From contig NC_081358.1 of assembly GCF_030684315.1 (NCBI RefSeq), positions 34,723,828 to 34,785,978 of the forward strand: a stretch of 62,151 nt of DNA. Direction: 5' to 3'. The notes below the pieces were generated by a model, which saw only the letters and a list, made by a program, of their open reading frames with translations, searched no databases and had not been told where the DNA came from. This document shows positions 24,628 to 34,794 of the stretch, one piece after another. Position 1 is the stretch's first letter; every line of letters begins with the position of its first letter. Made by a program: the position numbers and the translations under genes. This stretch comes from Stegostoma tigrinum (taxonomy: Eukaryota).

Positions 24628-25850
24628 GCCACTCGGGCCTGACATAATCCCCAAACATACCCCACCCTATCATGCCACCACCACACCCAACACAGAGCTA
24701 TTCTCTTTCCAATCTCCATGCTGGCTTTGTTAATTATGTTATGATTGTTTTTCCGAAGAATTCTTGCATCTTATTAATTGTTGTTGCCAGGCTAACAGGC
24801 CTACAGTTCTGTATTGTTCTGGCCAGTAAATAAAAACAGTTCTTGTCAGAGACATCATGGCTAAAACAATAACTCTTTAGAATGCTATCACAGAACAAAG
24901 CATGGTGGAAGCAGGAAACTAGTAAAAGAAGCTACAACACTAAACGTTAAAGAGAACTTCCAAGTTACACAAGAAAAATGACAAATTCAAAGACACAGCA
25001 AGACATCAAAACAGCAGAAGCAAACTGAGTGTAGCTCAGGAGGGGGCACTGCAGTGAGCAGGAGAAAAGATGCAATTACAAATGCAGGAACACTTCCAGG
25101 GCTCGACAAAAGCATGGAATTCAGCCTAACAAACCCAGAAATATTCCAGAGAATGAGAGGATATCAACAGGTCTGGGAATTGAAACGTTGGAGGAAAGCT
25201 TTTCGAGATACAGAACTGCTTCAGTTTTGGATTACAAAATATCAGAAAGCCCATATCAGCTTTTAATGTTTTAAACTCCACAGAACTAAGATCTCCATCG
25301 CACACTGAAATAGCGCCCTTGCTAACCATTAGAATGGGATCGCTGCCAGTTCTACAGCAGGCAAAGCTCTGAGATAATGAACCAGGACATCACCAATCGC
25401 CTGTGGCTTTGTATTCTGACATGTGCATGCAATTGAAGCAAAGTCTGTAGAGCCTGGTTCTCAACATTGAGCTGAACCTCCCAGATAGATCCTGTGCTTG
25501 ACCCTCAGGATATCATTTGACAGTCTCTTGATGTTACTCAATGTTGCAGGGGCTTGTCTTAACTGACACTTCTCTTATGCCTTCTCAGTCAGAGCAAGGC
25601 CACAATAAGGCAGTTAAGATATTTATCAGACATTTGTTTTCTGAAGAAGGGTCTTAATGAGATGTAAACACACAGAAATATGTTTCATGCCATTCAGCAG
25701 TGAGGTTCTGAACTCACTATCTCAAGTTTGACTCAATTTGGGTGAGTGTTTCTCAACGTCAAAAATCTGAATTTTGGATGCCTGACTGATTACTTGCCTT
25801 TGTTCTTGGGGGGTCAGAGAGAAGACTGTTCTCTGCAAAGTTTTATTTGG

Positions 25851-26032
25851 GCACAAAAACAGAAGTTTCTGGAAAAGCTCAGCAGGTCTGGTAGCAACAG
25901 TTCTGAGGAAGGGCCACTGGACCCAAAATATTAACTGTGATATTTTTCTTCACAGATGCTGCCAGACCTGCTGAGCTTTTCCAGCAACTCCTGCTTTTGT
26001 TCCTGATTTACAGCATCCACAGTTCTTTCGGT
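25851..26032 (+). mobile_element. Fold-back mini-PLE, family B, 10-bp TSD
   Basis: TSD TTTTATTTGG at 25841..25850 and 26033..26042; arms CTGGAAAAGCTCAGCAGGTCTGG and CCAGACCTGCTGAGCTTTTCCAG; decayed core CTGAGGAAGGGCCACTGGACCCAAAATATT; about 30-nt tail. Confidence 0.8.
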
Positions 26033-26705
26033 TTTTATTTGGCCATTCTTGCGGATGAAATAGTGCATCCTCTGGGGTCCTCTCCACTGCAGTGTCTTGT
26101 TGTACTGTTTCTGGGCTCGTGTTCCCCTCCCATTCTTTCTGCAGATCCCAGCCAGTGCCTCGAACTAGGCCCCTGCATCCTCGTAACTCCTATCAGCTCA
26201 TGTAACACAGTACACATTTTCGGAGAATTTCTGAACAAGGTATTGCTGACAAAGTTCCTCAGTGTGCTTTTCAAAAAGTCCTTTTCAATCCTTCTGCAGC
26301 AAGGGAAAAGTAAAAGGGGATGGGCAGTGGTGCTCAAAATCCTCGGCAGCAACTAGTTTATTCCCAGAGCACACTGCCGAGAACAGGATAATAGGTCAAA
26401 TGGTAAAATACCATGCAGCCTCCTTAATGAACACTAGTAGGCAATTAAGATAGAACTTAGCCATTAATGATCCTCCAGGTGTCTGTTCATATCCCAACAT
26501 CAACTCCAGATGTTGTCTTCCAATGGACTAAACCAGCACTTTAGCTTCGCTTTTTTATCCACCTCTGGGACTCTTTAACGCCTACAGCATACAGGGACTA
26601 CTGCTCCCAAAGCACCTGTTAGCACAGTGGATAAAATGCTTCCCAATTGTTGTACAACAGACTGTAAGAGAGAATACATTAAGTTAAAGCCTGAAACACT
26701 GAATG

Positions 26706-26997
26706 CAGAATTCGATTCCGCCCTCAGGCAACTGTCTGCGTGGAGTTTGCATGTTCTCCCCATGTCTGCCTGGGTTTCCTCTGGGTGCTCCAGTTCCCTC
26801 CCAAAGTCCAAAGATGTGCAGGCTCGGTGGATAGGTCATGTTAAATTACTCATAGTGTCCAGGGATTTGTAGGTTGGGTGGGTTAGCTGTGGGAAATGCA
26901 GGGGTAGGGGAATGGGTCTCAGTGGGATGCATTTGGAGAGGCATGGTAGACTTGTTGGGGTGAATGGCCTGTTTCCACGCTGTAGGGATTCTATGAT
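26706..26997 (+). mobile_element. HE1-like V-SINE (head truncated)
   Basis: TTCGATTCC B-box remnant, V-domain TGGAGTTTGCATGTTCTCCC..., tail TAGGGATTCTATGATT. Confidence 0.8.
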
Positions 26998-27044
26998 TCA
27001 TCTGTAATTATAACCAATTCACTTCCCTAATAAAACACTATCTC

Positions 27045-28676
27045 CAGGAACGTGGGGAAATAAACAGCGACATCTTGGAAAATGTCCATATTACAGAGGA
27101 GGAGCCTCTGGATGTCTTCAAACGCATAAAGGTGGATAAAACCCCAGAACCTGATCAGGTGTACGCTGGAACTCTATGGTAAGCTATGAAAGTAATCGCT
27201 GGGCCCTTGCTGAGATATTTGTATCATTGATAGCCACAGGTGAGGTGCTGGAAGACTGGAGGTTGGACAACGTGGTGCCACTATTTAAGAATGGTGTTAA
27301 GGAAAAGCCAGGGCACTATTGTCAGTGATCCTGGCATTGTGGTGGGCAAGTTTTTGGAGGGGATCTTGAGGGACAGAATTTACATGTATTTGGAAAGGCA
27401 AGGACTGATTAGGGATCGTCAACATGGCTTTGCGTGTGGGAAATTGTGTGTTACTAACTTGAGTTTTTGGAAGAAGTGACAAAGAGGATTGATGAGGGCA
27501 GGGCAGTAGACATGATCTATAAAGACTTCAGTAAGGCATTTGACAAGGTTTCTCACGGTAGACTGGTTAGCAAAGTTAGGTCGCATGGAATACAGGGAGA
27601 ACTAGCCATTTGGATACAGAAGTGGCTCGAAGGTAAGAGACAGACGGTGGTGGTGGCTTGGTGGGTTGCTTTGTAGACTGGAGGTCTGTGCCTCAAGGAT
27701 CGGTGCTGGGACCACTGCTTTTTGTCATTTATATGGATGATTTGGGTGTGAATGTGGGAGGTATGCTTGGGAAGTTTGCAGATGACATCAAAATTGGAGG
27801 TGTAGTCGACAGTGAAAAAGGTTCTCTCAGAGTACAATGGGATTTTGATCAGATGAGCCAATAGGCTAAGGGGTGGCAGATGGAATTTAATTTAGATAAA
27901 TGTGAGGTTCTGCATTTTGGAAAGGCAAATCAGGGCAGGATTTATGCACTTCATGGTAACATTCCTAGGGAGTGTTGCTGAACAAAGAGACCTTTGGAGT
28001 GTAGGTCCATAGTTACTTGAAAGTAAAATCACAAGTAGACAGGATAGTGAAGAAAGCGTTTCGTACACATATCTTTATAGGTCAGTGCATTGAGTATGGG
28101 AGTTAGGAAGTCATGGTGCAGGTGCAAGTTCGGCCACTTTAGGAATACTGTTTGCAATCTGGCCTTCCTGCTACAGGAAGGATGTTGTGAAACTTGAAAG
28201 GGTTCAGAAACGATTTACAAAGATGTTGCCAGGCTTGGAGGGCTTGAACTATAGGGAAAGACTGATTAGGCTGGGGTAATTTGCCTGGAGTTTTGGAGGC
28301 TGTAGGGTGACTTTATAGAGGTTTATAAAATTATGAGGGGCATGGATAGGGTAAATAGACAGGGTCTTTTCCCCAGGGTAGGGGACTCTAAAACTAAAGG
28401 GCATAGGTTTAAAGTGAGAGAGCTAAGATTTAAAAGGGGCCTAAGGGGTATCTTTGTCTCACAGAGGGTGATGTATGTATGGAATGAACTGACAGAGGAA
28501 GTGAAAACTGGTACAGTTACAACATTTAAGACATCTGGATGGGCATAAGAATAGGATGGATTTAGAAGGATATGGGCCAAATGCTGGCAAATGGGACTAT
28601 ATTACTTTGGGCTATCTGGTCGGCATGGGCGAGTTGGACCAAAGGGTCTGTTTCAATGCTGTACAGCTCTATGACT
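27045..28676 (+). mobile_element. CR1 LINE, 5'-truncated
   Basis: QHGFACGK, DFSKAFDKV.HGRL, VPQGSVLGPLLF.IY, KFADD; tail CTCTATGACT. Confidence 0.92.
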
Positions 28677-28684
28677 CAGTGACT

Positions 28685-29894
28685 TGGAGGCCAAGTCATT
28701 GAGTGTATTTAAGATCGAGATAGATAGGGTCTTGTTTGGTAAGAGGATCAAAGGTTATGAGGATTAGGCAGGAGAATATGGTTGGGAAATATATCGGCCA
28801 TGATGGAGCAGTGTCAATGGGCAGAATGGTACAGCAAAATCCATTGGTAGCATTGCAGTGTTTCAGTTTTGCTCATTCTCACACACTGATTAAACCAAAT
28901 GTTATTTCCTTCAAATAGCCTGGAATACAAATGAGTCTGTGTGTTATGTCTAGTGTTTCTTCTCAAGATGTGCACATGGTTCCACAATGAGAAAGGAAGC
29001 ACAGTGACTGGCTGCCTGAGGGGATGGGAAACTCTGAAAGCTGGCCATTCTGGGCCATGAGATTACCTGGAAGTGACACAGGTATTAATGTCACGACTGC
29101 CGATGTGACACATTCTAAAGTTACTTGAATGCAGCAGATGGGCATCACGGATGTGACACTGTCCTGAGAAACGTCACCACCATCTGAGCTGCAGCTCCTC
29201 TGCAGCTGAGCACTCATTCAGCTCGGCTGAAGATTTCCCTGGCAGCAGGCAGCTGGAACTCTGCATTCTGACTGCCTCAGGCTGATTGCTGAACACAGTA
29301 AAGCCATATAGGGCAGACCGATCCAAACTGCAGCCCATCTCAAGGTCAAAGACACATTAGTTCATTTGCAGTGGGGTCTGGAATTTTCTTTTCATGATGG
29401 CCCGGAGTCCAGTCAGACTGTACACAAAAATAAGTAGTGACTCTGATACAGGCAGCCTCAAATTGTACTGGCAAGGTGGTACATTTTTCAAGAGTGTATG
29501 AAAAGCTAATGCTTACTCATGAAAATAGACCTGAAAGCTGGCCTCATGACCTCCGTGAGCTGGATTTTCAGGTTCAGATTGAGGTAGGAATGGGAAAGAG
29601 TTCTGCGGAGAAAACACCATTTCCCTCTGTGTTTTACAGATCAGGAAGCTGTGGCATTCAGATGCACAGCACTGAAGAACGCCTGCTGAGGGAGTCAGGT
29701 ACATTCAGACCAATACCATAGCATTATAAGATGCAGGAACAGAATTAGACCATTCTGCCCATTGACACTGCTCCATCATGGCCGATATATTTCCCAACCA
29801 TATTCTCCTGCCTAATCCTCATAACCTTTGATCCTCTTACCAAACAAGACCCTATCTATCTCGATCTTAAATACACTCAATGACTTGGCCTCCA
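28685..29894. repeat. Perfect 146-bp inverted repeat (28685..28830 and 29749..29894)
   Basis: Base-by-base reverse-complement identity read by eye; the sequence is a CR1 3' end. Confidence 0.9.
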
Positions 29895-31780
29895 CAGCCA
29901 CAATGAGTTCCACAGATTCACCACCCTCTGGCTGAAGAAGTTCTTCCTCATCTCACTGATAAAGGGTTGTCCCTTCGCTCTGAGGCTGTGCCCTCAGGTC
30001 CTAGTCTCTCCTACTAGTGGAAACGTCTTCTCTACGTCCACTCTATCTAGGCTGCTCAGTATTCTATGTATTACAATCAGACTCCAGCCCCCATCCCACT
30101 GAACTCCGTTGAGGGCATGGCATGATGACTTAGAGATTAGGACTGTTGCCTTATTGTGCCAGGGGCCTGGGTTCAATGCTGCCCACGGGTGACTGTTTGT
30201 GTGGATTTTGCATGTGCTCCCCATGTCTGTGCAGGTTTCCTCTGGGTGGTTTCGTTTCTTTTCCCACAGTGCAAAGATGTGCCGTTTAGGTGGATTGGCC
30301 ATGCTAAATTGACCCATACTGTCCGGGACGTGTGGGCTAGGTGGATTAGCCATGGGAAATGCAGTGTTATATGGATAAGGAAGGGGGTTGGATCTGGGTA
30401 GGATGCTCTTCGGAGGGTCAGTGAGGACTCGATGGGCAAAATGGCCTGCTTCCACACTGTAGGGATTCTATACTTACAGACCCAGGATCCTCAACCACTT
30501 CATAAAGGACAAGCCCGACATGCCTGGGATCATTCTTGCAAACCTCCTCTGGACTCCCTCTAATGCAGCACATCCTTCCTTTGATACAGGGCACAGAACT
30601 GTTTACAATATTCCAAAAGCAGTCTGATTAGAGTCTACACAGCCTCAGTAGTACATTCCTGTTGTTGTACTCTAGCCCTCTCAAAATGAATGTTTACATT
30701 GCATTTGCCTTCCTGACTATCAAATGAACTGCCAAGTTAACATTAAGAGAATCCTGAACTAAGATTCCCAAGTCTTTTTGTGCTTCAGATTTCCAGAGCC
30801 TTTTCCCATCTAGAAAATAGTCTACACCTCTATTCTTCTGAACAAAGAGCTTAGCCTCCCACTTGCCCACATTGTATTTAATTGGCCATTTCTTTTCCTA
30901 TTCTCCCAACCTGTTCAAGTCCCTCAGAAGCCTCCCCACTTCCTCAACACGACCTGTCCCTCAACAATCATTGTGTCATCTGCATAAATAGCAACAATGC
31001 CCTCTGCTCCTTTGTCTAGAGTATTAACATGTAATGTGAATAGTTGTGATCCCAACGGGGACCGCTCTGTACCCCCACTAGTCGCCTGCTGCCAATCTGA
31101 AAAAGAGCACTTTATCCCCACTCTCTGCCTTCTGCCAGTCAGCCAATTCTCTATCTATGCCTGTACCTTATCGTATTTAGCAGCTTCCTGTGTGGCACCT
31201 TTTCAAAGGCCTTCTGGAAATCCAAATAGATCACATCTACTGGCTCTCCTTTGTCTAACTCATTCTTTACATCCTCAAAAAATTGTAACATATTTGTCAG
31301 GCATGACCTCCACTTGACAAAGCTATGCTTACTCAGCCTTGTTTTACCTTCCAATTCCAAGTATTCTGCAGTCTCATCCTTCATAGTAGCATCTAAAATC
31401 TAACCAAGGACGGGCTAACCAGCCTATAGTTTCCTGTCTTCTGCTTCACCTCTTTCTTAAACAGGGGTGCTAAATGAGCCATTTTCCAGTCCAAGTTTAA
31501 GCCTTCAAACCCCATACAGATACTGACAGCTTCATGGTATGCTTCTGATTAGCTCCCAAATGATGTTCTGTCCCAAACTCTGTAGGTTGGCAGGCCCTGG
31601 AGCATTATTAGCTTTCAGTTCCATTAATTTCCCCAGCATTTTCATTTAACTGATCCTAACCTCCCCAGTGGATTCTTGCTTCCTAAGCATGCCTGGGAGG
31701 TTACTTATCTTCTTTTGTGAACTGAAGTAGTTGGTTAATTGTTTAGCTATTTCCTTGTTCACCATTAACACTTCTCCCGT
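29720..31780 (-). mobile_element. Old CR1 LINE interrupted by a V-SINE
   Basis: RSCLTNML.FF..VIYLDFQKAFEKVPH, YADD and FPLVGETRT on minus. Confidence 0.85.
30113..30470 (+). mobile_element. HE1-like V-SINE, near full length
   Basis: tRNA-like head with GGGTTCAATGC, V-domain, CR1-type tail ACACTGTAGGGATTCTAT. Confidence 0.85.
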
Positions 31781-31854
31781 ATTGTTTAGTTTTTCAACGG
31801 CTTCTTGGATAAAATTGTTTTGGAATTTTCTTTCAGCAGCTTATTTATTACAGG

Positions 31855-32762
31855 TTAAAAACAAAAAGAAACTGCAGATGCTGGAATCCAATGTAGACAA
31901 ACAGGAGGCTGGAAGAACACAGCAAGCCAGGCAGCATCTGGAGGAAAGGAGCAGTTAATATTTTGGGGATTACTGCCTTTCACAAGCACTGTACCCTTTG
32001 CCACTCCTTACTTTGCACCACACTCCCCACCAACCACTCCAACCCGCTGGGTACCTTCCCCTGTTACTCTAAAAAATATAACACTTGCCCAGATAACACA
32101 TCCCTCACCTTCATCCAGGGCACTAAACAACCCTTCCAGGTGAGACACAGCTTCACCTGCACCTCCTCCAACCCAGTCTATTGCATCTGGTGCTCCTGAT
32201 GTGGTCTTCTCTACGTCGGTGAGGCCAAACGTGGACGAGGTGACCATTTCGCCGAGCATCTTCGCCTGGCCCATAACAGCCAACCTAACCTCCCGGTCAC
32301 CGCCCATTTCAACTCCCCGTCCCAATCCCCCTCCAACATTTACGTCCTCAGCCTCCTCCAGTGTCACAGCGACTCAGAATGCAAATTTAAGGAACAACAT
32401 CTTATCTTCACATTTCCTGAGCACCCTACAGCCTAGAGGACTCAACATTGAGTTTCAAATAAACTTTCCCACCCATCACCCGGCCCACTTTCCAGCCCCA
32501 CCTCCTCCCTCACATTCCACCCACTGACCCTCCCTTCAGTCACCAACTGGATTCATCTCTCCCATCAACCACCCAACTAGTACCTGCTACCAGTGTCCAC
32601 CTATCACCACCATTCCGCTACTCACTGCCCCCTCTTTATCTGCAGCTCCCCCTAACCCCATATCCACTCCTGAAGAAGGGTAATACCCAAAATGGTAACT
32701 GCTCCTTTCCTCCAGATGCTGCCTAGCCTGCTGTGCTTCTCCAGTCTCCTGTTTGTTTCCTC
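31855..32762 (+). mobile_element. Penelope-like element 3' part (GIY-YIG endonuclease relic) with inverted terminal arm and TSD
   Basis: FTCTSSNPVYCIWCS..CGLLYVGE..R..F.EH and LQPRGLNIEF; decayed hammerhead CTGAAGAAGGGTAATACCCAAAA at about 32670; inverted arm plus tail at about 31858..31975; TSD TATTTAT(TA/CT)CAGG at 31842..31854 and 32763..32775. Confidence 0.85.
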
Positions 32763-32999
32763 TATTTATCTCAGGATTGTGGCCAAGAGGCTGCTGTAAT
32801 GGTTTATAAATGTGTTGATTTCTCAAATGAGCTACCCCTTCCTCTTCCACTTCTTTCAGTGTTTATTCAGGGCAGTGCTAACAAGGAAAGCACGCTCAGC
32901 CTGGCTAGAACCATAGCTAACTTCCCTCAGTTTGGAGGCAGACTTCAAGAAGCACTGGATGGCTCTCCCCCAACATCTCCATTCCATTCTACCCAGCTG

Positions 33000-33950
33000 C
33001 CAGAACCATTGATTAGGATCACTGGTGCTTCGCTTCATGATGTTCTCAGTCACAGAATGGCTCACATTGAAGAAGGGTTGGTTACATGTGATGGTATGGT
33101 GGCAGAGGGTCGTCATGTTGAATAGATAATCCCTGTCACCAAGGTGCCATCTTCTGTTGGCTCAAAGATAGTGGGAACAACAGCTTGGTGCAGGATAATA
33201 GTATTGTGGGTGCCAACAGGACAGTAACCAATCACTGATAGGATACTCTGTGCGTGTTTGTTGATAGTGTCTTTTTTAATTCTTTCCTGAAAGGTGAATG
33301 TCAGTATTTGCTACCTAGTGCTGATTGCTTTTCGAACTGAATGGCTTGTTAGATCATTTCAAAGTCAACCACATTATTGAAGGGCTGGAGTCTCTTGTAG
33401 GTCAGACAGGTTTGCAGATTATCCTCCTTTCCTAAAGGATAATGAAGAACTAGGGTTTTTTTTAACATTGGTATTTGTTTCATGGTCCCCACTGACTTTT
33501 AGCTTTTAAATCTTTCATTAATTAATTAAACTTAAATTTCTCCAGTTGCCTTGGCAGGATTTGAACCAGGTCCCAGAGTATCCTTAGGGCAGGGACATTA
33601 CCACCACACCACCATCTCCCATACTGAGAAGGGGAGCACCCCCTGGTATATCTCCCTATTGTGATGCAGTGCCCGTGAGACTCGAGTGTGTACAGACAAC
33701 GTCTGTGCCATTGGAAATGCAGCAGCACTCTCAGGACAGTGAAGCGTTACAATGACCGTGCGAATGCACAATGAAGGGGGCAATTCCCATTCCAGCATGG
33801 AAGGAAGGGCAGCAATTGAAGGCGCGAATGACCTTGAGGACTGCCATCAGCGCCATACTATGCTCTGTGGATGTAGGGACACAATTCAGCGATCAATTCA
33901 ATTATTGCTATTAGCTGAGGTGGATGTAGGCAAAGCCCTTTCTGAATATA
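33000..33950 (-). mobile_element. PIF/Harbinger DDE transposase (HARBI1-like) relic, split by a SINE-like insert at about 33270..33575
   Basis: Minus-strand pieces in the expected order: IFRKGFAYIHLS, AVLKVIRAFN..SFHAG, CIRTVIVTL...FPM, ILHQAVVPTIF, LGDRDY, FNVSHSVTENIM...QWFWQLGR. Confidence 0.65.
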
Positions 33951-34162
33951 TTGAGTGGTTGGAGCCTTCTATTCAGATCTATCCTCTTTGCCTCTGTCCA
34001 CACTTTGCTTTCTCTCCCTTACTACATATGACCCATCTGTTCAGCTGTGTGTATGCTTAACATAAGGCATTAACAGGATCGGTGAGGTCTCAAAATGTAG
34101 GTCAGGATCCAGTCAGCCTGAGATACAGATGCTATGATTTGTCCATTTTGAACACACTCGTG

Positions 34163-34212
<50 letters not shown>

Positions 34213-34214
34213 CA
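34163..34214. repeat. (CA)n microsatellite
   Basis: Direct reading. Confidence 0.95.
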
Positions 34215-34794
34215 GCCAGAAGCAGACTGCTCACTATTATTAGCCCCTCTTTGAACACTGAACCCAACAGCACAATGGCTCCCAATGTTGAAATCATTGT
34301 ATTACAGAGAGCAATATAGCTCAATGCTTCAACATGGCAAGCCAATAGAAGAACAACTGCTTATCTTGAAGTGTCAGGAAGATGACTTGTTTGCTAATAT
34401 TGCTGAGTTACAAAATAGTAAGAGCACGCTTGGTTTAGCAGCCTGGTGAACCTTCCCACAGGAAAGGTGGTATTAAGTCCTGGAAAGGTACAGTTTTGCC
34501 TGTGTGTGTTTCTTTTCCCACTTCTCTCATTCAGGGAAAATTTCCCTTTAAGCATAACCAATAGCCCTCATGGTCTTTATAGAACAATCCCGTCATTAAA
34601 AATCCTGTATTTGAGGTGCACTTCATGTGCACAAACGTTCATTCCTGTAAACCTCTTAGTCAACATTCATAATAGAAACTTTGTCTCAAACATTTGTAAT
34701 GGGATTTAGTATATAAACATATTGTCATAGGATGATATAGAAACATTCTACCCTAATGGTTGAGTGATGAAATAACCAAATCACTGAAAATGAT

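Noticed and set aside
30113-30185. tRNA genes at SINE heads
   Set aside because: No intact cloverleaf, and each head continues into a SINE body.
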